A DNA stretch of 64,000 nucleotides, taken from an uncultured Candidatus Rokubacteria bacterium (GTDB lineage Bacteria; Methylomirabilota; Methylomirabilia; Rokubacteriales; CSP1-6). A program made the translations under genes and the position numbers. Positions within the stretch are counted from its first letter, which is position 1; every line of letters begins with the position of its first letter. The notes under the pieces were generated by a model that saw only the letters and a program-made list of their open reading frames with translations, was not told the origin of the DNA and did no database searches. The DNA is taken from contig CAVVEU010000033.1 of NCBI GenBank assembly GCA_963747235.1, positions 288,001 to 352,000 on the forward strand, read 5' to 3'. This document shows, piece after piece, positions 10,083 to 20,004 of the stretch.

Positions 10083-10809
10083 CGCGGCGTTCCTCGAAGG
10101 CACGGACGTCGCCCGGAGCTTCGGCGGCCTCCGCGTCCTGACGCGCGTGAGCTTCGCGGTCGCCGAGGGCGAGATCGTGGCGCTCATCGGGCCCAACGGG
10201 GCCGGCAAGACGACGCTGTTCAACCTGATCAGCGGGCTGCTCCGGCCCTCCGCGGGCTCCATCCGTCTGGGCGAGCACCGGATCAGCGCGCTGCCCGCCT
10301 ACCGGATCGCGCGGCTCGGCCTCGGGCGCACCTTCCAGACCCCGCGGCCGTTCCTCGACCTGACCGCCGCGGAGAACGTGGCCGCCGCCGCGCTCTGGAG
10401 CGAGCGGCCGGGCGGCACGCCCGCCGAGCTGCTCGCGCTCGTGGAGATGGACGAGCACGCGACGGTGCCCGCGCGGCGGCTCACCGGCGGCCGGCGCAAG
10501 CTGCTCGAGCTGGCGATGGCCCTGGCGCTCCGGCCGCGCATCATCCTGCTCGACGAGCTGCTGGCCGGGCTCACCCCCACCGAGGGGGCGCGGGCGACCG
10601 CAATTCTGAGGAACATCCGCGACGAGCGCGGGGTCGGATTGTTCTGGGTCGAGCACGTGATGAAGGCCATCATGGAGACGGCGGAGCGGCTCATCGTGCT
10701 CCACCACGGCGAGGTCATCTGCGAGGGGCCGCCCGCGGCGGTCTCGCGCGATGCCCGGGTTCTCGAGGCGTATCTCGGCGAAGCACCCCCAATGGCGAGG
10801 AGGCCATGA
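10079..10809 (+). CDS. livG: branched-chain amino acid ABC ATPase (LivG-like)
   Basis: RSFGGL, GPNGAGKTT, RTFQ, LLDE, VEH, RVLEAYLG; the start region probably carries an indel. Confidence 0.85.
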
Positions 10810-12024
10810 ACATGAGCATGCGCAGACGGCAGTTCCTCAAGACGGCGGCGGCGGGCGCGGCCACGGTTCCCCTCCTGCGGACGCGCGCGCGCGCCCAGGC
10901 GAAGCCGATCCGCATCGGCTACACCATGTCGGCGACCGGCCCGTACGCGGTGGGCGCCGGCATCACCCAGGCCCCGAACTACACGCTGTGGCAGGACCAG
11001 GTCAACGCCCAGGGCGGCCTCGCGGTGAAGGGCGAGGGGCGCCGGCCGATCGAGTTCGTCACCATCGACGACCGCAGCGAGATCGAGACCGCGGTGCGCT
11101 TCTACGAGAAGCTGGCCACCGACGACAAGGTGGACCTGCTGCTGCCCCCGTGGGGCTCGGCGATGAACTTCGCGATCGGCGCCGGTGGCCGGCAAGTACG
11201 GCTACCCGATGATCGGTCCCACCGCCATCTCCGGGAAGTTCAAGGAGCTGGCGCTGCCCTACTTCTACACGATGCTGGTGCAGCCCGCGCCGCAGATGCA
11301 GGCGGTGGCCGCCTTGCTGCAAGGACCTGCGCGACCAGGGCAAGATCAAGAAGGTCGCGGTGGCCTACGTCAACGATCTGTTCGGCATCGAGCTGAACGC
11401 GGCCACCGGCCCCGCCTTCAAGGCGGCCGGCCTCGAGGTGGTGGACACCAAGAGCTATCCGCTGGGCGCCAAGGATCTCTCCCCGGTGCTCAAGGGCTTC
11501 AAGGACGCGGGCGCCGACGCCTTCGTCGGACTGACCTACCCGCCCGACAACATCCTCGTCACCTCCCAGGCCAAGGAAGTGGACTGGAACCCGGCCGTCT
11601 TCTTCACCGGGGTGGGCACCGCGTTCCCGTTCTACCGCGACCGGTTCAAGGGCGCGGAGGGCGTGATGGGCATCGCGGGCTGGAACCCGAAGGTGAAGTA
11701 TCGCGGGGGCCAGGGAGTACTTCGACGCGCACGTGAAGAAGCACCAGAAGGAGCCGGACCGCTGGGCGAGCGCCTTCGCGTACGCGTCGCTGCAGATCCT
11801 GGAGCGCTGCGTGGGCGAGGTCGGCCTCGACCGGCCGAAGATCAAGGCCATGCTCGACGCCACCGAGTTCTCAGACGGTGGCCGGGCCGATCAAGTTCGT
11901 CAAGGGCGAGAACGTGGCCACCCCGGGCATCGTCGGGCAGTGGCAGAAGAACGAGTTCGAGCTCGTGTGGCCCAAGGCCTCGTCCACCGGGGCCGCGGTG
12001 GTGCCGAAGCCGGCCTGGGCGTGA
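10806..12024 (+). CDS. branched-chain amino acid ABC substrate-binding protein, Tat signal, several frameshifts
   Basis: MRRRQFLK Tat motif; PIRIGYTMSATGPYA; DDRS; PWGS; GQWQKNEFELVWP. Confidence 0.85.
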
Positions 12025-12900
12025 CGCTCTCGCCCACCCTGCTGCTGGACGTCGTGGTCGGGGGATTCACGACGGGGGGCATCTACGCCCTCGTCGCCCT
12101 CGGCCTCAATCTCCAGTACGGCCTCATGCGGGTGCTGAACGTGGCGCACGGCGAGTTCCTGATGCTGGGCGCCTACGTCACGTTCTCGCTGCACACCGGC
12201 TGGGGCGTCAACCCGCTGCTGACCCTCTTGATCACGGGCCCGACGGCCTTCGTCGTCGGGCTCGTGCTGCACCGCCTGCTCTACGCCCCGCTGCTGGCCG
12301 GCGAGGCGGCCGAGAGCCTCGAGTCGCGCTCGCTCCTGCTCTCCTTCGGCCTCATGTTCGTGATCCAGAACGCGGCGCTCCTGATCTGGAGCGCGGATCT
12401 CAAGGGCTACAGCTATCTCGCCATCCCGCTGCGGTGGCTCGGCACCGTCTTCCCCGCCAACCGCGTCCTCGCGGCCGCGATCGCCCTCGCCCTGGGCGTG
12501 GCCTTCTACCTCTATCTCCGCTACAGCCTGACCGGCAAGGCGGTGCGCGCCCTGATGCAGGAGCCGGAGGGCGCGCAGCTCATGGGCATCCAGACCTCGC
12601 GGATCCACGGCGCTCTGCTTCGGCGCGGGCATCGCGATGTCCGCGGTGACCGGCTCGCTCGTCAGCATGCTGTTCGAGCTGACGCCGTTCATGGGCCTGC
12701 CCTACACGGTGACCGCGCTGGTCGTCGTCATCCTGGGCGGGCTCGGCAACATGCTGGGCTGCCTCATGGCGGGGCTGCTGCTGGGCCTGGTCGAGACCGC
12801 CGGCGTCTACCTCGCGTCCTCCGACATCCGGCTGATCTCGTCCTACGCGGTGCTCTCGCTGATCCTGGTCCTCAAGCCCTCGGGCCTCTTTGGCCGCTAG
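12021..12900 (+). CDS. livH: branched-chain amino acid ABC permease (LivH-like), frameshift near 12612
   Basis: GGIYALVALGLNLQYGLMRVLNVAHGEFLMLG; VVVILGGLG; LKPSGLFG. Confidence 0.88.
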
Positions 12901-13780
12901 GGTCGCCGGCGCCGCCCTCGGCGCGGCGCTGCTCGTCGCGCCGTACGTCCTGCCGACGTACTATCGCTCGCTCGCGCTCGCCATCCTGGCCGACGTGGCC
13001 CTCGCGGTCTCGTGGGCCTTCTTCTCCGGCCCCACGCGCTATCTCTCGCTCGCCACCGGCGCCTTCTTCGGCGCCGGCGCCTACACCACCGCGGTGGTGA
13101 TGGCGCGGCTGCCGTGGCCGCTGCCGGTCGTGGCCGCCGCCGCGGTCGCCGCCGCCATGGCGCTGCTGGTCGGCACGCTGGCGCTGCGGCTGCGCGGGCC
13201 CTACTTCGCGATCTTCACCTTCGGCCTGGCCGAGCTGGCCAAGCACACGCTGATCTGGTACGAGACCGGCGTCACCGGCACCGTCGGCCGCCTGCTCCTC
13301 AGCCCGCCCGACGCGGTGACGCTCTACTACACGGTGCTCGGCGTGGCCGCGGTCGCGGTGGCGATCGCGGTGTGGCTGCCGCGCGGCCGCTGGGGCATCG
13401 CGCTGGTGGGCATCGGCGCCGACGAGGAGCGCGCGGAGACGCTCGGCATCGACACCACGCGCATCAAGATCACCGTCTTCGCCCTGAGCGCCGCGGTCAT
13501 GGGCGCGGTGGGCGGCGCGATGGCCCCGCGCTGGACCTATCTCGACCCCCAGGTCTTCAACCCGCTCGTGTCCTTCCAGACCGTGATCATGGCCCTGCTC
13601 GGCGGGGCGACCACCGTCATCGGCCCGGTGCTGGGCGCGGTCTTCCTGGGCATCCTCTCCGAGACGCTGCTGCTGCAGTTCCGCTACGTCTACATGCTGA
13701 GCCTGGGGCTCGTGCTGATCGCGGTGGTGCTGCTGCTGCCGTCCGGCCTCGCGGGGCTGCTCCGCCGGCGGCGCGCGTGA
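12890..13780 (+). CDS. livM: branched-chain amino acid ABC permease (LivM-like)
   Basis: LRLRGPYFAIFT, DEERAETLGID, MALLGG, GPVLGA, LPSGL. Confidence 0.88.
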   Translation: MAARVAGAALGAALLVAPYVLPTYYRSLALAILADVALAVSWAFFSGPTRYLSLATGAFFGAGAYTTAVVMARLPWPLPVVAAAAVAAAMALLVGTLALRLRGPYFAIFTFGLAELAKHTLIWYETGVTGTVGRLLLSPPDAVTLYYTVLGVAAVAVAIAVWLPRGRWGIALVGIGADEERAETLGIDTTRIKITVFALSAAVMGAVGGAMAPRWTYLDPQVFNPLVSFQTVIMALLGGATTVIGPVLGAVFLGILSETLLLQFRYVYMLSLGLVLIAVVLLLPSGLAGLLRRRRA

Positions 13781-13815
13781 ACGACGGGAGAACCTGCCGC
13801 ACAACCCCCGCTGGC

Positions 13816-13844
13816 TTGCCACTCATCGCTCCCGACGCTATAGT
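13816..13844 (+). promoter_or_regulatory. sigma70-type promoter
   Basis: TTGCCA-17 nt-TATAGT upstream of ATG 13881. Confidence 0.65.
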
Positions 13845-13880
13845 CGGCGGTCAGACGCCAGTCAGGGGAAGGACGACGCA

Positions 13881-14031
13881 ATGCCCTACATCTCCAAGAC
13901 ACCGACGCCCCCCTACTACACGGTCGTATTCACCTCCATCAACGCCGACGTCGATCACACCGAGCACGTCGAGATGTTCGAGCGCCTGGTGCAGCGTGCG
14001 GCAGCCTACGACGGATATCTCGGACTACTGA
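13881..14031 (+). pseudogene. truncated antibiotic-biosynthesis-monooxygenase (YqjZ-like) gene, N-terminal half only
   Basis: MPYISKTPTPPYYTVVFTS...MFERLVQRAAAYDGYLG matches the family N-terminus; similarity stops and the next gene's RBS follows. Confidence 0.6.
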
Positions 14032-14049
14032 CCCGGGGGAGGGTGCGCC

Positions 14050-14604
14050 ATGTTCGATGTGGACCGGTTCATTGCCGACTGCCGCGTAGCCGGCGCTGCG
14101 AACGGGTCTCCGGGAGTGCTTGAAGTCGTCGCGAGAGCGGTCACCACTCCCTCGGAGATTCTGAAGACGCTCGGGGAACCGCGCCGGGCAGGGCTCCACG
14201 TGGTCTTCCGATCGCCCGAGCTCACGATCCTCAACGTCGTTTGGGGGCCGCGCATGTGCCAGCTCCCCCACAACCACGAGATGTGGGCCGTCATCGGCAT
14301 GTACACGGGCCGCGAGGACAACATTTTCTGGCGGAGGGTGCCGAGCGCTCCCGATGGACGAATCGAGGCTGCCGGGGCCAAGGCGCTAAGCGACCGTGAC
14401 GCCGCGCCCCTCGGGCCCGACATCATTCACTCGGTGGTCAATCCGCTCAAGCGGATGACCGGGGCGATTCACGTCTATGGCGGCGATTTCTTCGCGGTCC
14501 CGCGCAGCGAATGGGATCCGGAGCACCTCGTAGAGCAGGCCTTCGACATCGACAGGGCGTTGGCGCTCTTCGAGGAGTCCAACCGTCTGTATCCCTCGCC
14601 GTAG
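14050..14604 (+). CDS. cysteine-dioxygenase-like metal-dependent cupin
   Basis: LPHNHEMWAVIGMYTGREDN, IIHSVVNP, GAIHVYGGDFF (3-His cupin pattern). Confidence 0.8.
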   Translation: MFDVDRFIADCRVAGAANGSPGVLEVVARAVTTPSEILKTLGEPRRAGLHVVFRSPELTILNVVWGPRMCQLPHNHEMWAVIGMYTGREDNIFWRRVPSAPDGRIEAAGAKALSDRDAAPLGPDIIHSVVNPLKRMTGAIHVYGGDFFAVPRSEWDPEHLVEQAFDIDRALALFEESNRLYPSP

Positions 14605-14620
14605 CGTGGAGGTCGCGCAG

Positions 14621-14971
14621 GTGAATTCGGTCAATCTCGACGCGAAGCTGGCCACGTTCAAGGACCACTGGCAGCCGCGCACCATCGGCCAGTTCAACGG
14701 GCACGACCTCATGGTGGTCAAGGCGCAGGGCGAGTTCGTCTGGCACAAGCACGACGACACCGACGACTTCTTCCTCGTGCTCAAGGGACATCTGACCATC
14801 GAGCTGCGCGACGGCAACGTCGAGCTGGGCCCCGGCGAGCTCTTCGTCGTGCCCAGGGGCGTGGAGCACCGGCCGGTGGCGAAGGAGGAGGTCCACATCC
14901 TGCTGATCGAGCCCGCCGGCACGCCGAACACCGGCGATCCCGCCACCGCGGCGGCCCGCCGGGTCATCTAG
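14621..14971 (+). CDS. cupin domain protein
   Basis: GEFVWHKHDDTDDFFLVLKG, VPRGVEHRP, GTPNTGD; RBS GGAGG. Confidence 0.88.
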   Translation: MNSVNLDAKLATFKDHWQPRTIGQFNGHDLMVVKAQGEFVWHKHDDTDDFFLVLKGHLTIELRDGNVELGPGELFVVPRGVEHRPVAKEEVHILLIEPAGTPNTGDPATAAARRVI

Positions 14972-14990
14972 GCGCGCCGAGGGCCACGCC

Positions 14991-15380
14991 ATGGCGATAC
15001 GCATCGTGCGACTCGGGACCCCGCGGCACGCGGGCGAGGGCCTGCGCATCGGCACGGTGCGCCGGCCGCCGCGCGGCGTGCGCAAGACCGACTACGCGAA
15101 GCGGGACTTCTACGACGTCTGGCTGCCCGAGCTGGCGCCCACCGCGCCGCTCGTCTCCTGGGCGCTCTCGAAGCCGTTCACGCCCGCGCGGTGGGCGAGT
15201 TACGCGCGCCGGTACCTGCGGGAAATGCGCGAGCCGGCGGCCCAGCGGCAGATCGCGCTGCTCGCCGCGCTGTCCGCCCGGACCGATTTCTCGGTGGGCT
15301 GCTACTGCGAGGACGAGAGCCGCTGCCACCGCTCGCTCCTGCGGGAGCTGCTGATCGAGCACGGCGCGAAGGTCGTCTGA
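14991..15380 (+). CDS. DUF488 (YeaO-like) family protein
   Basis: GLRIGTVRRPPRGVRK, DVWLPELAP, GCYCEDESRCHRSLL. Confidence 0.85.
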   Translation: MAIRIVRLGTPRHAGEGLRIGTVRRPPRGVRKTDYAKRDFYDVWLPELAPTAPLVSWALSKPFTPARWASYARRYLREMREPAAQRQIALLAALSARTDFSVGCYCEDESRCHRSLLRELLIEHGAKVV

Positions 15381-15526
15381 CGCTGCCTCCCGCGGAGGCA
15401 GCGGGGCCCGCGCTGCCTGGTCCGCGGGCGCAATCGCGGCGCATCGCGCCCGCGTGGCCCGCGGCCGATCGCCGCAAGTAGCCGCCGCGCTTCGCTGAAT
15501 TCCCTCACGCTCGCGACACGCGCCAC

Positions 15527-15542
15527 TGGCACGTCCTCTGCA
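15527..15542 (+). promoter_or_regulatory. sigma54 (-24/-12) promoter
   Basis: TGGCACGTCCTCTGCA: GG-N10-GC with TGGCACG consensus. Confidence 0.65.
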
Positions 15543-15584
15543 GCCTCGAGTCACGAGCAATTCATCGCGTCGTCGCGAAATCCG

Positions 15585-15622
15585 GAGCGCCGTCGCCGTA
15601 CGATGACGGCGCTCTTTCTTTT
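15585..15622 (+). terminator. intrinsic terminator-like hairpin in the 5' leader
   Basis: Perfect 10-bp stem GAGCGCCGTC/GACGGCGCTC followed by TTTCTTTT, immediately before RBS GGGGAGGA. Confidence 0.65.
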
Positions 15623-15634
15623 GGGGAGGAACCG

Positions 15635-16141
15635 ATGGGCAAGCAAGACGGCAGCACGGTACTGCGGACGAGCCTCGCCGCCGGCCTGATCGGACTCGGG
15701 CTCGTGGCCGCGGTCATGGAGGTGCAGGCGGATCTCACGCCGCTCGAGACCCGGCGGGCGACGCTTCGGCTCCAGTTCGACACGCGGTGGCGCGTGCACG
15801 TCGGAACGCTCGACCAGGCGCTCGCGCGGCACGACGTCAGCGCCGCGGTCGGGGCGTGGCACGACGCCTACGGCGCCGCCCTCGCGAGCCGCGGCTGGGA
15901 GGGCATGCTCGCGGTGGGCGACGCCTTTCTGCGGATCGGCGCCGAAGCGGGCACCGTGAGCGGCTCGCGCTCCAACGCGCGACAGGCCTATCTCAACGCG
16001 CTCATCCGGGCTCACCGCGATGGCTCCCTGGACGGCCTGCGACGGACGGCCGCCGCGTTCGAGGCCCTGGGCGACCACGCGGTGGCGACCCACTGCCGGC
16101 GCGTCGCCGACGAGCTGGCGGCCAACCGGAAAGGACTCTAG
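15635..16141 (+). CDS. hypothetical protein with N-terminal TM/signal and helical domain
   Basis: Strong RBS; LAAGLIGLGLVAAV hydrophobic segment; helical body (AWHDAYGAALASRGWEG...ARQAYLNAL). Confidence 0.75.
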   Translation: MGKQDGSTVLRTSLAAGLIGLGLVAAVMEVQADLTPLETRRATLRLQFDTRWRVHVGTLDQALARHDVSAAVGAWHDAYGAALASRGWEGMLAVGDAFLRIGAEAGTVSGSRSNARQAYLNALIRAHRDGSLDGLRRTAAAFEALGDHAVATHCRRVADELAANRKGL

Positions 16142-16144
16142 ACC

Positions 16145-16555
16145 ATGATCCAGAAGCTGGCCCTGATCGCGCACGACCACAAGAAGGTGGACCTCGTCGC
16201 GTGGGCGACATTCAACCGCGACACCCTTGCCGCGTTCCCGCTCATCGCCACGCGGCACACCGCCCGGCTCGTGCGGGACAAGGTCGGGCTGGAGATCGAG
16301 GAGCTCCTGAGCGGACCGGAAGGCGGGGACGCCCAGATCGCGGCGGGCGTCGCCATGCGGGAGATCGACGCGGTGTTCTTCTTCGTCGATCCGCTCTTCG
16401 CCCAGCCGCACGATCCCGACATCCGCGCGCTGCTCCGGGTGTGCAATGTCCACAATGTCCCGGTGGCGACCAACCTCGCCACCGCCGATCTCATCATCGC
16501 CGGCCTTCCCTCCTGCACCGGCGTCCCGGTCCCCGCCCGCGTGACCGCACGCTGA
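16145..16555 (+). CDS. mgsA: methylglyoxal synthase
   Basis: ALIAHDHKK, LSGPEGGDAQI, FFVDP, QPHDPDIRALLR, PVATNLATAD. Confidence 0.9.
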   Translation: MIQKLALIAHDHKKVDLVAWATFNRDTLAAFPLIATRHTARLVRDKVGLEIEELLSGPEGGDAQIAAGVAMREIDAVFFFVDPLFAQPHDPDIRALLRVCNVHNVPVATNLATADLIIAGLPSCTGVPVPARVTAR

Positions 16556-16611
16556 CCGGGGTTGTCCCCGTCCGGGCAAACGTGTAGCCTCGGGGCCCGG
16601 AGGGAGCAGCC

Positions 16612-16905
16612 ATGTTCGCACGACTCGGTGCCTGGCAAGGATCCGCCGAGGAGCTGGAGCGGTGGATCGAGCGCGCCCGCGATCACGTCAAGCCCAGCAT
16701 TCGAGAGGACGCGGGCCTCAAGGCGGCCTACTGGCTCGCCGACCGCGCGGGCGGCAAGGGCCTGATCGTCACCTTCTGGGAGAGCGAGGAGGCGATGCGG
16801 GCGAGCGAGGAAGCGCGCCGGCGCCGCCAGGCCGCCACGTCGGCGGCCACCGGCGCCCAGGTGACGACCGAACGGTACGAGATCGTCGACACACTCGTGA
16901 TGTGA
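16612..16905 (+). CDS. small dimeric alpha-beta barrel (ABM-like) hypothetical protein
   Basis: MFARL...GLKAAYWLADR..GKGLIVTFWESEEAMRASE; RBS GGAGGGAG. Confidence 0.7.
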   Translation: MFARLGAWQGSAEELERWIERARDHVKPSIREDAGLKAAYWLADRAGGKGLIVTFWESEEAMRASEEARRRRQAATSAATGAQVTTERYEIVDTLVM

Positions 16906-16922
16906 CTCCAAAGGAGGAGCGC

Positions 16923-17813
16923 ATGAAGTACGGCGTGGTACTTCCCATCTGGCAGCTCACGATAGCGGAAGCGGCATCGCTGGCGACGCGCGCGGAGGAG
17001 CTGGGGCTGGACGGCGTGTTCGTCCCCGACCACATCCTGGCCAAGCCCGCCACCACCCAGCACTACGGCGGCCACTGGCCGGACCCCTTCGCGCTGCTCG
17101 CCTTCCTCGCGGGGCGCACGACGCGGATCAGCCTGGGGGCCAGCGTCATCGTGCTGCCCTACCGCAACGCGCTGGTCGCGGCCAAGTCGGCGGCCACCGT
17201 GGATCAGGCCTCGGGCGGCCGGTTCATCTTCGGCGTCGGCGTCGGGTGGGACGAGGCCGAGTTCGTGGACCTGCGCCTGCCGTTCCGCCAGCGCGGGCAG
17301 CTCAGCGACGACTACATCCGCGCCATCAAGGCCGCCTTCGCGGCCGACATCCCGCAGTACAACGGCAAGTACGTGAGCTTCTCGGGCGCCACCTTCTCCC
17401 CGCGGCCGGTTCAGCGGCCGCATCCGCCCATCTGGGTGGGCGGCTCGCCCGGCGCGGTCTCGGGGCCGGCGGTGCGGCGCTGCGCCGAGCTGGGCGATGT
17501 CTGGCATCCCCTCGCGCTCGGGCTCGACGAGATCGAGAAGGGCTACGCCACGCTGCGCGACCTGGCCAGCCGCACCGGACGGCGCGACGCGCTCGGGCTC
17601 TCGCCGCGCAACATGCTCGACCTGACCGACACCCCCAAGGGCGCCGGCCGCGCCGCCTTCCAGGGCTCGGTCGCCGAGGTGGCCGGGGACATCAAGCGCG
17701 TGCAGGGCATGGGCGCGGCCTGGATGACGTTCGACCTGCCGCGCGAGGGCATTCCCGCGATGGTGCGCGCGATGGAGCGCCTGGCCAAGGAGGTCAAGCC
17801 CGCCGCGGCGTGA
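16923..17813 (+). CDS. luciferase-like (LLM) probable F420/flavin-dependent oxidoreductase
   Basis: RBS AGGAGG; AEELGLDGVFVPDH, DPFALLAFLAGRTTRI.LG.SV, GRFIFGVGVGW, PRPVQRPHPPIWVGG. Confidence 0.9.
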   Translation: MKYGVVLPIWQLTIAEAASLATRAEELGLDGVFVPDHILAKPATTQHYGGHWPDPFALLAFLAGRTTRISLGASVIVLPYRNALVAAKSAATVDQASGGRFIFGVGVGWDEAEFVDLRLPFRQRGQLSDDYIRAIKAAFAADIPQYNGKYVSFSGATFSPRPVQRPHPPIWVGGSPGAVSGPAVRRCAELGDVWHPLALGLDEIEKGYATLRDLASRTGRRDALGLSPRNMLDLTDTPKGAGRAAFQGSVAEVAGDIKRVQGMGAAWMTFDLPREGIPAMVRAMERLAKEVKPAAA

Positions 17814-18280
17814 TCGCGCTGCGGGACGCGCAGCCGACCGATCGCGCCGGGATCGAGGCGGTGACGCTGGCCGCCTACGAGCAGTACGCGGCGACGCTCG
17901 GGGCGGCGCTCTGGGGCGTGTACCGGCAGAACATCGTGGCCACCCTGGCCGCAGCGAAGCCGGGCGAGCAGATCGTGGCCGAGGACGGCGGCGCGATCGT
18001 GGGCGGCGTGCTGCTCTACCCCGCCGGCGCCGTGATGGGCGAGCCGGGCACCGGCAAGGCCGTGACGCTCACCTGGCCGGAGGTCCGCCTGCTTGCGGTG
18101 TCGCCGGCTTCCCGGGCCGGCGGGGTCGGCCGCCGGCTGATGGAGGAGTGCATCCGGCGCGCGCGCGCGGGAGCGCGGCGGACGCTTCGCCCGCCGACAT
18201 GATGGGCCCGCATGGCCCTTACGAGCCAAGGGGTTCGGCGGGCGCTCGAGCCGACCTCGCCCTGCGCCGGGCTCCCGCTG
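17810..18280 (+). CDS. GNAT family N-acetyltransferase, 3' end garbled
   Basis: PEVRLLAVSPASRAGGVGRRLMEECIRRAR (motif A); remnants of T-L-H..DMM..AM..YE..GF only across several frames. Confidence 0.7.
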
Positions 18281-18298
18281 AGGGGAGAGGGAGAGCGG

Positions 18299-19126
18299 TC
18301 ACTTGAGGGAGGTGAAGGTGAAGGCGCGGACGATGTGACGCTGGGCCACCACGAACACCAGGAGCACCGGCGCCACCACGAACATGCTGCCCGCCATGAT
18401 GATGTGCCAGCGCGCGCCGGTCCCCTCCTCCCGCAGCATCGACACGCCCACCGGCAGCGTGCGCACCGCGTCGGTGGTGGTCATCACCAGGGGCCAGAAG
18501 AAGTCGTTCCAGTGATACACCACGCTGAACAGGGAGAAGGCCACCACCGCCGGCTTCGCCATCGGCACCATGAGCCGGAAGATGATCGTGAAGAGGCCCG
18601 CCCCGTCCACCCGCGCCGCGTCCACGATGTCGTCGCTGATCTGCATGAAGGCCTCGCGAATCAGGAAGGTGCCGAGCGCGGAGACCGCGTAGGGCAGCAC
18701 CAGCGCCGCGTAGGTGTTCACGAGGCCGAGATGCGAGAACAGGATGTAGAGGGGCACGAAGCGGACCTGGGGCGGCACGATCAGGCAGGCCATCACGATC
18801 ACGAAGCAGAGATCGCGGCCGGGGAAGCGCAGCTTGGCGAAGGCGTAGGCGGCGGTGCACGCGAAGAAGAGCTGCAGGACCAGGATCGCGACGGTCTGGA
18901 TCACGTTGTTGACGAAGAACCGCAGGAACGGGCCCGACTGCCACGCCTTCGCGTAGTTGTCCCACCGGGGCGGATTCGGAAGCAGGGTGGGCGGGAACCG
19001 GGTCACGTCCGGCAGATCCTTGAGCGAGGTCGCGACCATCCAGAGGTAGGGGCCCACCTCCACCGCGGCGACGAGCACGAGCCCCACGACGGTCAGCCAG
19101 CGGACGAGCGGATTCGGGTGGCTCAC
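18299..19126 (-). CDS. carbohydrate ABC permease (UgpE-like)
   Basis: WMVATSLK, AAYAFAKLRFPGR, DAARVDGA, HWNDFFWPLV. Confidence 0.9.
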   Translation of the reverse strand: MSHPNPLVRWLTVVGLVLVAAVEVGPYLWMVATSLKDLPDVTRFPPTLLPNPPRWDNYAKAWQSGPFLRFFVNNVIQTVAILVLQLFFACTAAYAFAKLRFPGRDLCFVIVMACLIVPPQVRFVPLYILFSHLGLVNTYAALVLPYAVSALGTFLIREAFMQISDDIVDAARVDGAGLFTIIFRLMVPMAKPAVVAFSLFSVVYHWNDFFWPLVMTTTDAVRTLPVGVSMLREEGTGARWHIIMAGSMFVVAPVLLVFVVAQRHIVRAFTFTSLK

Positions 19127-20004
19127 GTGGTGTACTGCACGCGCCGGCGGAAGACGAGCCACTGGCCGAGCGTCAGCAGCAGGATGAGCGCGAAGAAGAC
19201 CACCACCGCGGCCGAGGCCCGGCCGAGCCGGAAGTACTGAAAGGCCTGCTCGTAGATGTAATAGACGTAGATCATCGTCGAGGTGATGGGCCCGCCCTGG
19301 GTCATGATCTTGACGATGTCGAAGCCCTGGAAGCTCGCGATCGTGAGCGTCACCACCAGGAACAGCGTGGTGGGCGAGAGCAGCGGCCAGGTGATGAAGC
19401 GGAAGCGCTTCCAGCCGGTGGCCCCGTCCAGCGCGGCCGCCTCGTAGAAGTCGCTCGGGATCGCCTGGAGCCCGGCCAGGTAGATCACGAGCGGGTAGCC
19501 GACGGTCTTCCACACCGTGACCAGCACGAGCGTCCACAGCGCGACCGACGGGTTGCCCAGCCAGTTCACGGACGGCAGGCCGACCAGGCGCAGGCCGTAG
19601 GTGACGAGGCCGTACTGCGGATCCAGCATCCAGATCCACAGCAGCGACACCGCGACCCACGAGACGATGTACGAGGAGAAGATGCAGGCCTGCAGGCCCG
19701 CGCCCAGACGGCTCCGGTCGTTCAGCAGCAGCGCCAGGCCCAGCCCGAGGCCGAGGGCCAGCAGCACGACCCCGCCCGAGTAGCAGGCGGTGTTCACCAG
19801 CACCTCGCCGAACTCGGGCGACCAGAGCTCGCGGTAGTTGGCGAGGCCCACGTAGCGCTTCGGGGTCATCAGGTCCCACTCGAAGACGCTCACGTAGGCG
19901 GAGTACGCGACGGGGTACAGATAGACGAGCCCGAAGAGCGCCAGGGAGGGCGCGACCAGCGCGTACCCCAGCCAAGCGTCTCTCCGGGCCCGCCGCGAGG
20001 CCAC
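19123..20004 (-). CDS. carbohydrate ABC permease (UgpA-like)
   Basis: YVGLANY, YLAGLQAIP..FYEAAALDGA, TWPLLSPTT, TQGGP. Confidence 0.9.
   Translation of the reverse strand: MASRRARRDAWLGYALVAPSLALFGLVYLYPVAYSAYVSVFEWDLMTPKRYVGLANYRELWSPEFGEVLVNTACYSGGVVLLALGLGLGLALLLNDRSRLGAGLQACIFSSYIVSWVAVSLLWIWMLDPQYGLVTYGLRLVGLPSVNWLGNPSVALWTLVLVTVWKTVGYPLVIYLAGLQAIPSDFYEAAALDGATGWKRFRFITWPLLSPTTLFLVVTLTIASFQGFDIVKIMTQGGPITSTMIYVYYIYEQAFQYFRLGRASAAVVVFFALILLLTLGQWLVFRRRVQYTT

Noticed and set aside
15381-15403. 10-bp hairpin after the DUF488 gene
   Set aside because: No U-tract and not repeated elsewhere; at most a weak terminator or stability stem
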